Below are positions 10,532 through 22,692 of a DNA stretch of 64,000 nt, in pieces. Each line of letters opens with the position of its first letter. The stretch's first letter is position 1. The position numbers were made by a program, and so were the translations under genes. Origin of the DNA: the human T2T-CHM13v2.0 reference genome, Homo sapiens; assembly GCF_009914755.1 (NCBI RefSeq), contig NC_060930.1; one strand, written 5' to 3'. The notes beneath the pieces were generated by a model that was not told the origin of the DNA, ran no database searches, and worked only from the letters and a program-made list of their open reading frames with translations.

Positions 10532-13500
10532 AAGAAGATTCCTGACTTTCACTGGTATCTTCCAATCCCTCACTCAACCCACTGATATGAGAATAATTCT
10601 AATCTAGAGCACCTTTGCTGTCCTGACAGCCATTGGGTTTTATTGACTTCGATATGTTGTATGCTGTAAAAATTCACCTGCAACAATAGCATTGCACTAG
10701 GTTTTAGGGATCTAGAAAACACTGGCCTGTTCTGGTTTTGCATTCACAGAATTATTTTCATGGATTTGATTCTACGATCATGTAGATCCTAGTTTAGGTA
10801 GGTGAAGCACCCTTTTACACAGTGTTGAGAATAATTTTTAGAGCAAAGCTCTACATTTTGGGGAGAGAGAAATGGAAAAAAAGATATTTATCTCTATTTT
10901 TTTTTCAAGTATCATAGATCTTCCAAGGAAGTTTTCATTACAGAGCCAAAGTCGATTACAACTTTGAGAAGCTAGAAGTAGAATCTGATTTCTGGGGGAT
11001 TAATTCTTCCCTCGTTCAAATAGCATATATGAGAATGGAAAGCTGCCTGTGAGAAATATGTTGGAGCGTGTGCTGGGACAAAGTCAACAGGTGAGACTCC
11101 TTCAGAAAACCTCTTGGGTGTTAGCATTGCATTTTCTGTTTTAGAATAATGCTTGGCAAGATAATAAAGAAAAAATAGGTATCTAAAGGTTGTATATGTT
11201 ATGTGACCCTTATTTAACGTGAAGGCACTGTCTATCAGGCCAGGTTCATGCCAGGTAAAGTCACAAGAGCATATCCCCCTGCTTGGTTTTAATCACATTG
11301 TGGGAAAGTGTTATTAATGAAATATGTATTATTTCTTGAAACATTAAAAACCCAGAAATCTTTTAATTTGCCTTAATAATATAATAATATGTTCCTGAGA
11401 GCGGGGAAGTTTTAACAGATTCAGCCACTCTCCAGATCTAGGAGATGATTTGGGGCTTTCATAATAAATAATTAGTATGCTATCTAGAATTAAAATTTAC
11501 AATATGAAAGTCTAGGAAAAATAATTGTTGGAGACACGAGAAACATTGAAAGAATTTGACTCGCCTTATAAGTACCATCTGCTTGAGTGTTCTTAAAGAT
11601 TCACAGATGTTAAGATTCTCTATTTAAAGTATCATACCTGTCTAACCTATTATTTTACCCAGCAAAGGCCAAGATGAACAAAATATAGTACAAAAAAATT
11701 TAAAAAATAAAAAGATACCAGAAACACTAGCAAACCAAATCAACACCTGTTTCTTTCAAACCTTGAAGGGGCGGAGGATTATATTTGAAGTATGTTCATA
11801 TTTAAATAGTAGTAAAAAAAAAGCTTGAATAATCTGCAATCAAGGAAAACATTTTAATCCAATTTCAACTAAAATGACAAACTGAGAATATCGAATCTAG
11901 GGAATAGTTTTGTTTTCCATCCACACAGCATCAAAGAACACATAGAGATACGGACTGAAATATCCACAGGATAAAAGCCTTCCTACACCTTAGAAGTTCA
12001 ATATTAAGCAGTTCTAAATGTACTTATTTTTCTGTTTCTTTTTCTTTTGGTTTCAGTTTCTGTTTGTAACCTGCTCTGGTTAGTAACCTATAGAGTACAA
12101 AGCTAATAGCTTTTAGCTGAATAATTTCTGCTTTGAAAGGAAACTCATAGTGTGATGACATTCTCAGGTTATCTTGTAATTGATTGTTTCTAATGGATGA
12201 GTCTTTTTGTTTAACTAAGGATTTCTGACCTTTAAGACTGTTAGTATTTTTAGGTGGTATTTACTCTGTTGATATCTTCCTTTCATTGTTTCTCTGCACT
12301 CTTTGTGCGTAGTTTCTGTGTTTAAGCTAGCAATTTCAAACATTTTGAAAGTAAACACTTAATCTCCTCGGTGTGTATACTTTCTGGTCTGTGCCTGTGA
12401 AAACACTCTCCTAATGCATTAGAGAGATGTTGAAACTTTGGTTTCAGAAAAACCTTAGAGCTTCTTGTTGCTGAGGGAGAAGGGAGACTTAATGTGGCTT
12501 ACCAAATTTGGTTTGTTTTCTATCTGAACTTTGGCTTATTATATCTAATTATATCAGACCTTGGCATTTTAAACACTTAATGAGAAAAGAGGAAAAGAAA
12601 TGAAATCCTTCAAGATCTTTATATCATGGATTATTTTCTACTACTTAGGAATGATATGGGGTAAAATAATGGCATCTATTCTGCAAGAATAATATCAGGT
12701 TATAAATTATCTGCCAGGTGGTTTGAGGCAATTTTCCCAGGTTGGAAAAAGATGAGGGGACATGTCCACATTTTACCAGTAAAATAAAGTCTAAAAAAAA
12801 CCTTTAATGATGTTCTAAAGGAGAGAATCAAGCAACCAAGGGGTTTGGGAAATCTGACAGAATTAATGGAACCCTGTTTTTTCTTAATTTGTTTTGTGCT
12901 TAAGGACTTGGAATTCTGTAATAAATGTTGAACCTCTAATTTACATTGCCTGGAGTTGCCAAGCTCACTCCTGCTTTCAGCTAGCCCACCTGAATCCTTG
13001 CCCAATGGCATGGCCCCTGGAGTGGGAAGGTTGGCATGAGAGTGAAATGATGCCTGTGATTCACTGCACCCTAAAGTGGATGTCACCCCATCTTTGAAAA
13101 TCATTCCTGTGTTAGTTAGCCAAGCAATCCTGTTTGTAAGGAACATGGAAACCTCTCAGGACTCCTCTAAGAATAACAGCAATAATAAAAAGTGAGGTAC
13201 TTAAGCAGTCCCAGCAAGCAAGAAAATGCAACAAATACCATTCCATTTACCAGCTTTCAAAAATTGAAAAAAGGAGATTTAGCACAAAGTGCACTTAAGA
13301 AAGAAAAATCAAGACAGTCTAGCAGAAGCTGGGGGAGGAGGGAACACATGGAGTAAAAATTCCCTCTGAGCCCACGGAAAGCAATAAGAGTTCTCATTTA
13401 ACCTTGGAAAATGACTTGAGAATCACTTGTACTTTGAAACGAATCTAAATTGCAAACTAATTTCCCAGTGGGATATGTTGATGGCCTACTGTACACAGCA

Positions 13501-13839
13501 TAAATAATGAGTTTGCAACCAGGACCCCAAATAAAGCAGTGCACGTCTGTGGAATTTATGAGCATGTTTCCCCACCTCCACCATCTGACATTGCAATGTT
13601 AATGCTTCCAGTTAGGAGTTTTACTGTGTCAGCAGGTGAATTCCCTGGCAGTAAGTCAAGCTTTAATGGAACATGCTGGTAGGAACGATTATGCTGCTGC
13701 AGTGTAAAACTCTGGTGTCAGTATTAGGCTCCTAGAATACATGGGCATGGACTGCCACCTACCCTGTTTGCAGGTGTTCTTAGCTGTTTGACTTTCAATA
13801 CTTTACTTTAAGTTGACCATGACAAAGTAAAATTTCTAT

Positions 13840-13995
13840 CTTATAAAGGATTTTAGAGCTGGCTGATATAATGAGGTCTAGTCACACCTTCTTTTTTATA
13901 TAAGGAAGAAATCCAAGGCTGGAGGGGTAAAGTGGCTGGCTAGATGATACATGTTAATATGTGGTCGAACTGGGACTCTAAACTAGGCCTTCCCT
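13840..13995 (-). mobile_element. MIR/MIR3 SINE
   Basis: Degenerate MIR core: ttttatataaggaagaaatccaaggctggaggggtaaagtggctggctagatgatacatg...gaactgggactctaaactagg. Confidence 0.65.
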
Positions 13996-14749
13996 ACGCC
14001 TTTGGTGTTCTTATAAAGGATGCTGCCTTTGCTGGAATCAAAAAAGGTGGATGCAATACATTTCATAAATGTATTTAGAAAAACTTGGCAAGAATTTGAA
14101 TCTGAAATATAACAATAATAGAAAGCAAAGCATGCATCTAGTAGAGCTGAACATCCAGACTTCTCAAACTGAGAAACAGGCATACAATGAGACAAGAGTA
14201 CAAGTGATTGGGATAGTTTTATAATCACTCAAATTTAAACTTACTACTAGGTTGAATGGCACTGAAGAATAAATGTCATGCCTCTAAACAGCTCATTGGA
14301 GATGAGACCTGGTGACTTTGCAAAGTGAAGAAATCCGTCTGAGGTAGGAACAACTGGTATTTGCCAAAAAAAGGCTTGTGCGCCTTATGGGTTAGGAAGT
14401 TCCATCCTGAGTATGCCCAGCCATAGCACTTCTGGGATCACTCATGGGAGTTTACGCTGTGGAGGAGATCTGATTTCCTCCACGAGAGCAATGCCTAAAT
14501 TCTTAGCCTCTTATCCCAGGGTGTTAACTCTGCTACATGATGTGGCTTCTGTTCCTCAAAGCTGTTTCAGCTAAACAACCTTCCTTAAGCATCTCAGGGG
14601 TCTCATAGCTTGCAAATAATGTTGCTTTATTGCACTTTCTCTATGAGATTCCAAAGTAAACAAATGAGATCTGAGTTCTAGCCTAACCTAAAAGTTGGTG
14701 TCACCATTACAAAGCCATCTTACCTGGATTGGGAATGCCAACCAGTGAT

Positions 14750-16310
14750 CCTTCCCTCATCAGTTCCTTTCTTCCTTCATTACATCACCTATCTCAGACA
14801 GTTAACCCTCCTTTCAAAGCCCCTACTCCACTCCTTGTCTGCTCCAAAAGTTGTCCACTTTTCTGACATAGCCTTTTCATGTCAGCAGGCAAATATGTTC
14901 AAATCTTCTAAATCTAAGAACCAAAAGAAAAACAGAAACAGAAACTAAAAAACTTACTCGGCTACACATCTCCCTTGAACCATTACTCTGCCAAACTTCT
15001 ATCAAAAGCAACCTTTACTCCCAGTTCCCTGTCTCTGCCTCCACACTTCAGCACCTTTACTAGGAACATATAATTCTGCACATCCCACCCTGACACTGCT
15101 TTACCAAAATTATCAATTACTTTCCAGATGCTTCCATCAAATAACATGTTTATTTCTCCAACCCACTCACTTCTCTGCTAACATTGTTTTGGAGAACTCC
15201 TCTTCCTCCTTGTAACTCCTCTTCCTCCTTTGGTATCAGGGACACCATTTTGTTCTGATATTCTTGTAAGTGTTCTTGACAGTCCTCAGCAGGTTCCCAT
15301 CTCTATCTGTTAAGTGTTTGTGTTCCTCACAATTCCATCACCAGTCTTTATTTTTGTACTATTCCATTTACTTTCTTAAGTAAAACTATGTCTCTTATGG
15401 CTGCAACTATTTTTATAATTCCCAAATCTGCATTTCTAATCCACACCTCTCTTCTGTGCAACAGATAAATATGTTTTGCTGTCAACTAATCTTCCTTTGC
15501 AGGAGTTTACATATAAATCTGTCTAAATAGATGAAAATATGAAGACAGCACCTTCTTCTCTAAATCTGTCCAATCCCTCTGTGTCCATCATGATGAATGA
15601 CATTTCCACCTACCCAGTCAACTAAATCAGGTAACCCAGGAATGTATTCTTTACTTCTCCCTCACACTTAGCTTTTCACTTCAGTTGGTGGCAATTCTCT
15701 ATTTGTTTATGTGAACGTTTCTCAGATTTTCTGCCTCTTTACCAACTTCGTCATTAGTTCAGACCATCACCTCCCTCCAGATTATGGATGAATGATGTAA
15801 CAAAGTGCATGGTTTCCCTGCCTTCATCCATGCCTTCCTCCATTTGTTTCCCCCAAAATGCAGTGAGATGAAGAACATTCTTCAAGTTCTCCCAATTTTT
15901 AAGGTTAAAAGCCAAACTACTTAACATGGCATAGAAAGCTCTTGCTCTTTCTCATTTCTTCCTCTGTAGTTTAAAACACATTGTCTGGAAAGTCCCTTCC
16001 CCTCTCATGCCTCTAGAGGCCCCTAAGTATAGCACTTTGTACCTAAATGCCTCTCCCACTCTCTTCACTTCATTATTTCCTATTCATCTTTTAAAATTTA
16101 GCTTGACTTCCTTTTACGCACTCAGATTGGGTTATGGTTATGTTCCAAGCTCCCACAGCCCCATGTGCTCAGCTCTGCCATAGCATGTACATAGTATTTT
16201 TCTTGGTGTTTATCTCTTCCATTTTCCATAAGCTATTTGGTGGAAGGTAGGGACCATATATTTTAATACCTCATAATGCCAGACCCTTAGTAAGGATTCA
16301 GTACATAATT
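14750..16310 (+). mobile_element. Decayed L2 LINE, 3' ~1.5 kb
   Basis: C/T-rich strand with L2 motifs (gacactgctttaccaaaattatcaattac, aattcccaaatctgcatttctaatccacacctctc, ccaaactacttaacatggcatagaaagct, aaggtagggaccatat). Confidence 0.75.
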
Positions 16311-17704
16311 CCTAAGGGAATAGATGGCCAAGTATCTAAAGTAAGTACATATTATAATCGTGATCATACATTCCCATGTATATGTTTTTATGTATTTTTA
16401 ATCTTTTGGTTCAGTTATATTCATTTACTAACCATCAAATTGAACACTGCATTTCTTTTTCAATTCTTAGCTCTTTATGCTAATAACACATTAATTGAAG
16501 ACTTGCTATTTTCTCAGGCATATATTTATTACTTTGCAGTTATTCACTTACTTAATGTATAAGTGAATGTGTAACTACATAGGTAGTTATTATTATTTCA
16601 CATGTGAGAAAACTGATGCACAGCGAGAAACAGAATGGAACCGGAGAGCCAGATGATATGGGCCGAGAGCCCTGTCTTAACTGCTATGACATTCTGCCAA
16701 ATATCAGTATTTACACTGCCCTGGGGTTGTACAGCATGCTGGTTTTCTCTTCCATCCATTCTTTTTGTGAACACTGCTTAGAATGTTATTTTTTTTTTTT
16801 ATCATTTTAAGCATCAATAGCAATAAATCACTCAACTTGAAGATTATGCTTCTTCTCATGACTAGCCTGTTCTTGTCTCTAACAGTCTCTAATACGTACA
16901 CAGGATGGAGAATTGTTTCAATATAAAGTGTAAAGAGATGATTAAGAGAAATGGCCACGAATGAGTTCACAAGGGGCAAAAGGTGTCTAGATCTAAAAAT
17001 GATGACACATTCCTTCAGAATCCAGAGGCAGTAAAAAGTTATTTAAAATATATTTAGAGCTTCTATCCAAACAGTTCCACAAAAGATATCCAAAGACAGT
17101 AGAGATTTATTTTGCATTTTTTGGGTATTTTTGACAGAATTGTGAGTGAAAATATATCCCAGTCAGTGCCCCTGACATGATGAGCTCTCCACATGTTCTT
17201 ATACCTTTAGAATCATAGGCTCCCCAAACTTCCAATGATTGTAAAATCTTCACAAATAAGATTTAATGGCCCTATTCTAATACACACTTCTCCGAGTGCT
17301 AAGTGTTTTCTAGATTATTATGACTTGTGTCAAGGTAATGGTGACAGAAGGAATAAATCTGTTCATTTGTTTCTGCCTACCAGTTGAAAACAAAGTGAGT
17401 ATCAGCCAACTTAATTCAGTTGAAAATGTTCTAAAATATCCTTCTCCCACACAAAGCAAGATTTCACATTTGCAGAAAATATTTATCCCAAGCTGCAAGC
17501 AATGTTATATTGGCTCTTTGTTTCAGACTACTAAATCACCATATTTAGTAGTCTGCTTAAGCCAAGTCAGGTGTCTTTTCAAACAAAATGAGAAGGAAAA
17601 GTGTGGTGGGAAGTATCACATACTCTTAAAAGGACTGCATTTGCTTTAATCAATCTGTGATGGGTATCCATATCCATGGAGATGGTAACATAATCTGTAT
17701 TGAA

Positions 17705-17806
17705 TGAGAACTTTTGGCCAACCAGACAGTCACTGGCATTAGCCCACTGGGTGACATCCAGTGGTCAGTGTGGACCCACGACAGTGTGGTCTGACCAAAT
17801 TTCTCA
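17705..17806. other. ~100-nt imperfect inverted repeat (long hairpin)
   Basis: tgagaacttttggccaaccagacagtc pairs imperfectly with gacagtgtggtctgaccaaatttctca. The apical stem is ccactgggtg/catccagtgg. Confidence 0.7.
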
Positions 17807-18104
17807 AAAGAAGCTGAGAGAAGTGGGGCACTCAGTTACCTAGACTTCACATTCGCTTGACTGCCAAGTGAAAACTAACTAGACATTTCCTTGTCTGGAC
17901 TCTGATTGTGTCCTGTACTCTTGAATAATATTCAAAGTCAAACGACAATTTTCATCTTAACTCTCATCCCATCCTGACTGTTTAAATAAAAAAATCCTTT
18001 GTGTTTTTCCTTTTAGTTTCTAATGCATTCCATATGTAAAGCATGAAATAATTAACTAGCAAAATCCAATAAAAACAGGCTGTTTGTAGAATAATGTTTT
18101 TAAG

Positions 18105-18500
18105 TAATTTATTCTTTTTAAAGCATTTATTATTGACAGCTACAGTGTATCTGTCACTGAGCTAGGAAAAAGAAATGCAACTATAAAATATCTTCTTGTT
18201 TTTGAGTAAGTTACAATGTTTTGGGGGAGACGCACAAAAATAAGTGGGATATGATAAGTGATTTAGCGGTAATATGTATAGATTTATGGAAGACAAAAAA
18301 TAGAACACAAAAATTCTTAGGGTTTAGGTGATAGCTTCAGAGAGAGTAATCTGTGCCTTTATGTGTGAATCAGAGTCCACCCAAAAAGGGGGTTTGCCTT
18401 ATACAGAAGTACAGAAGCACTGAATGCCAAAAATGTCTGATCTTTCAACTTCTGCTGCTGTGGAGGAGGGCGACTGTGGCATTGGGAAGAGTGAAAAATG
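18105..18500 (-). mobile_element. L2 3' end fragment
   Basis: aagcatttattattgacagctacagtgtatctgtcactgagctagg...ttacaatgttttgggggagac is a reversed L2 tail pattern. Confidence 0.6.
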
Positions 18501-19949
18501 AGGAAACTTTTCTATTGGATCAAAGGAAAAGCATAGGGAAAATGACCTTGAGCTTCCATCTCAAAAGTTATTTTTGTTTTATCTTAATTTAGGGAGGTTT
18601 ATAAATCTCTACCCATCACAGAATTGGAATTAGAGTGTATTTGCAAACATGTCAAGACACTGAAAAGATTTTGCTCCCTTTAATGGTTAGAAGCATTACT
18701 TAGATTGAGGCAATAGCAATTATGAATCAGAAGAATTATCAAAATGATATAAGGGAAGAATTGGATTCAAGAGAGATGTACAAGATGGAGTTTGAAGAAC
18801 TGCAGATGCAGAGACTGAGAGCGCTCCCCCGTTATCTTGAAGGATTTCATCTCATAACACAGTCAGTCTTTCACAGACAAAGAAGCTGGAGCCATAGAAT
18901 TATAATGATGAAGGAAGATGTGAATGAAAACTCCAGTCAGGATCCCTTGTCCTGTTGCTACCAGGTAAGATTACAAACACTATGATGAGGAGGCAATTCC
19001 ATTTAATAGGTTGCAATTATACCTGCATATTACTTATTATGCATTTCACATATGAGCACCACGGCTAATGGTATAGCATTTAGTTTCACCTTTCTTGGCA
19101 TGTGGGCAACGCCATATATGTATGTATACAAAGAATGAATTCATTGTAAATTATTGATTCCATAAAGTAGTTTTCTTTCCCCCACACTAATCCTTTGTTG
19201 GTTATTATAAAGTCCAGTTTAAAGGAATCTCTCAGTTCTTGTTGAGGAGAGGTCTTAGAAGCCAAAGGACCTGCCAAACATGTGTAGTGACTGTTGAGTT
19301 ATCTCCGTGAGCTAGACCATGGTAAATGGTGGAAAAACAAGGGTTGTTTCAATTTAGAAGAGCCTCCCTGCAGGCTAGCTTCCATTTTACAGTTCCTGCC
19401 TTTCTATAAATGTAGCTTACATTGACAAAAATATAACAATCTGTGTTTGGTAGGTTCTTATGGTGGAGGTGAGATTAATAATTCTTTTGATGAGAGAAGA
19501 GTTTATGCGAGAGCCAAAAAGCTGTTGTGGGCAATGTATTTATAATGATTTGTGAAAAAAGTATGCTTCATTTTTGTTAATTACTGCTAGAAATGTTCCT
19601 CAGAGTCTGGGCCATGTAAAAGAACAAGAAAGGTATTCTAAGCTATTTTACAGAAAAGGAGAGAATTTGAAAGCTTTTAGTGTTCTCCAAATACCAACAG
19701 AAGATAACTTGAAATTTCCAGTACTCATCAAGAGTCCGGGTAACCAAGAGCTAAATTAATCCAATTCTGATTGTCATATCTACCATTATTCATACCATTG
19801 ATTTAGGACTAGCAATAACATCTGACTTCTTTCTGAGTCATAGAATAAAAATTAAATTGAGAAAAATTTTCTTGGTAAGTCTATTTAATAATATTCTGCT
19901 TATTTGAATATTGAAAAATTATATAAATATTATATATTTATCCATACAC

Positions 19950-20052
19950 TCAAAAAAGCACTTCATTTTTAGTATCTGACAGACAGTATGCTAGATAGTA
20001 GGGTTACAAATAAATTAAGTTGGTTTCTACCCTCAAGAAGCTTAAAATCTAT
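19950..20052 (-). mobile_element. L2 3' end fragment
   Basis: cagacagtatgctagatagtagggttacaaat...ggtttctaccctcaagaagcttaaaatcta. Confidence 0.55.
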
Positions 20053-20937
20053 TAAAGCTAGGACTTTTTGCTTGTTTTGTCATGTCACTAAGGTCCATGG
20101 ATCACATTCATCTATGAATGGTCACATTCATCTATGATGATGGGTTCACAGCTACTTTGCGAAAAAAGGTAGAGAAAGGGGCATTGGAAAAAATGGAAGA
20201 ACAACAAAAAGACATTTATCACATATTGATAGCAGCACCTTATTCATTTTACAAAAAAGTGTCATTTTTTTCCCCTTAAATGGAAAAACTATTAGGATAT
20301 TCAGGACAAAACTCATTCAAAAAATAACCATAGCCACACAATGGTAAAGAAAATTTAAGATTCAAGGCAACTGAAATCATAAATAGCTCATCGCTCAACT
20401 TAATTGTTCTTTCTCCTCTTAATACTGCCTGTTAACATTTTACAATTGGAATGTTTCCCATCTGTGCCTTTACTTGAATTGTGTGAATATAGCTGATGAA
20501 AACTATTATCACTCTGTCTTTTAGTCTTCGATCTGCTTTGTGTTGACACAATCATGAGCAGAAAAATGTTAGCTCAGTCATACACTTGATGTTATATGTG
20601 CTTTATGTTCCATGTTTAAAATTTCCCATCTGTACTTCAAACTGCTTTAGTCATTCTTATTGGGAGAGAGAATACCTACATATACACCGTGGAAATATTA
20701 CCTATAGGATTGATAATAATTGTGAAAGTTGTGTTGCGGTCTTTAAAATATACAGGGTAATATTAAATGTAAAGACTCCTTTGTATCAATAAATGAAAAT
20801 AAGAGAATGCATTATTTTAGCAAATGCTGGTTCTTGATATTCTTCCAATGCAGTGCTTTATTGATTCTTCTCGCTTATGTAATTTTACATGTTCTTCTCA
20901 CATGTTCTTTCAGCACTACAATGATGGCTAAGTACTG

Positions 20938-21001
20938 CTCCAGAGGGCACCATTCACATATATATATATGTGAGAATTTGAAAGCTCCCGTATATATATA
21001 C

Positions 21002-21074
<73 letters not shown>

Positions 21075-21148
21075 TATATATATATACGGGGATTGTGCCT
21101 CTGAGACTGTGCAATCCACAACCCACTTGGGTTTGAGCAGTGGCCCTG
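20938..21148. mobile_element. MER91-like palindromic hAT MITE with (TA)n-expanded centre
   Basis: Left arm ctccagagggcaccattcacat and right arm gtgcctctgagactgtgcaatccacaacc...ggccctg match the recalled MER91 layout. cagagggcac and gtgcctctg are complementary apart from one indel. Confidence 0.65.
20958..21086. repeat. (TA)n / (TACA)-interrupted microsatellites
   Basis: A short TA run at 20958-20969 and a ~96-bp run at 20991-21086. Confidence 0.97.
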
Positions 21149-21829
21149 GGGTAGGAATCTCATGATTGTACTGTCATGTTGGTTTCAAACCAGAGTGAGG
21201 CCAAGTGAGATCAAATTCATATTGGAAAATCAAATGATATTGGACATTAGAATTCATATTTTATGCATAGGCAAATTTATCAATTGTGAGGTTGGAGAAG
21301 AAAATGAACCACTGGAGTAAATGAGAAAATCAAATGCTCAGACACAAGAGAATGCAACCCAAAGGTGAACTTGAAATCCGAGAAGAGTATTGGTTGTTCT
21401 TCAGGGGGTTTACTTTGTATTTTAAATGTGAAAACCGTACAAATTATTTGATTGCTTGTATATTGATATTGTCTACCTTCTTTGTAGTTAACATGATTTG
21501 AAAAAATTTGATTGGGAAAAAAATCAACAAATGCTATTTTACATTTCTGTATCAATAAATATTAGTACACAATTTAGATGAAAGTTTCTCTAGCTTAGAT
21601 GATACTCAAAAATAAGCCTGTGAAAAGTTTTATTTTTTCAGTTTCTGAGGAAGCGTGATAAGATCATGACCATTTCCTCCTCTATGACAGATAATGCCAC
21701 TGTCTCTCCTTGAGCCATTGTGAGAACTAAGTAATGAAGTCTCAAGAAGAAAGCAAGGTTTCCTCGAAAATCAGAGCTCTTCATTCAATTTCAGATGGAA
21801 ACCTTGGAAGCACAGTATACAAAGATATA

Positions 21830-22177
21830 CACTGCTATAAAGAACTACCTGAGATTGGGTCATTTATGAAGAAAAAAGGTTTAATTGACTCACAGTTCTG
21901 CAGGCTGTACTGAAAGCATGGCTAGGAAGCCTCAGGAAACTTACAATCATGGCAAAAGGGTGAAGGGGAAGCAAGAACCTTCTTCTCATGGCAGCAGGAG
22001 AGAGAGAGAATGAAGGGGGAGGTGCCACACACTTTTAAATCATCAGATCTCATGAGAGCTCACTGTCATGAGAGCAGCATGGGGAAAACCCATCCTCATG
22101 ATCCAATCACCTCCCACTGGGTCCATCCTTCAATTCAACATGAGATTTGGGCAGGGACACAAATCCAAACCATATCA
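21830..22177 (-). mobile_element. THE1D-like MaLR LTR (one end eroded)
   Basis: ctgctataaagaactacctgagattggg...aaatccaaaccatatca; homologous to 1266-1642. Confidence 0.9.
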
Positions 22178-22288
22178 ATGCTGAAAACACGATGTGTTTG
22201 AAATCCAGTTCGTCTTTTTTTGAGTAATTGCGTTAGAAGAAATATGCATTAACTACTTGAGTAAATTAATTGTTGTGGGAATTGTACT

Positions 22289-22692
22289 TGCTACAGAATG
22301 AATGTATGCATCCCCTCCCAAATGTGTATGTTGAAGACCCATCCACTAGTATGGCTGTGTTTGAAGTAAGAAAGTAATTAATGTTAAGTGAGGTCATAGG
22401 GGTGAGGCCCTGCTGTGATAGGATCAGTATCCTTGTTAGAAGAGACATGGGAGAGCTTGCTGTCTCTCTTGCCCCACAAGCATGTGCTCATACCAAGGAA
22501 AGCCCATGTGAGGATTTAGTGAAAAGGCAGACGTCTGCAAGCTAGGAAGACAGCCCCCACCAGAAAGAAACTGACCCTGTCAGACATTGATCTGTGACTT
22601 GTAGCCTCCAGAAATGTGAGAAAATAAATTTCTGTTGTGTAAGCCACTTAGTCTACCGTATTTTGTTATGGTACCCAGAGCAGACTAATACA
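22289..22692 (+). mobile_element. MLT1A-type MaLR solo LTR
   Basis: TG...CA ends (tgctacagaatgaatg / cagactaataca) and agcctccagaaatgtgagaaaataaatttctgttg. Confidence 0.88.

Noticed and set aside
12700-13146. Longest ORF (148 aa, - strand)
   Set aside because: No recognisable homology or exon structure; this length is expected by chance in 64 kb.
20807-21163. Overlapping YI-repeat ORFs
   Set aside because: Artefact of translating the TA microsatellite.
1266-22177. The two THE1 LTRs as ends of one provirus
   Set aside because: The first has its own TSD, they are 20 kb apart, and no internal MaLR sequence lies between them.
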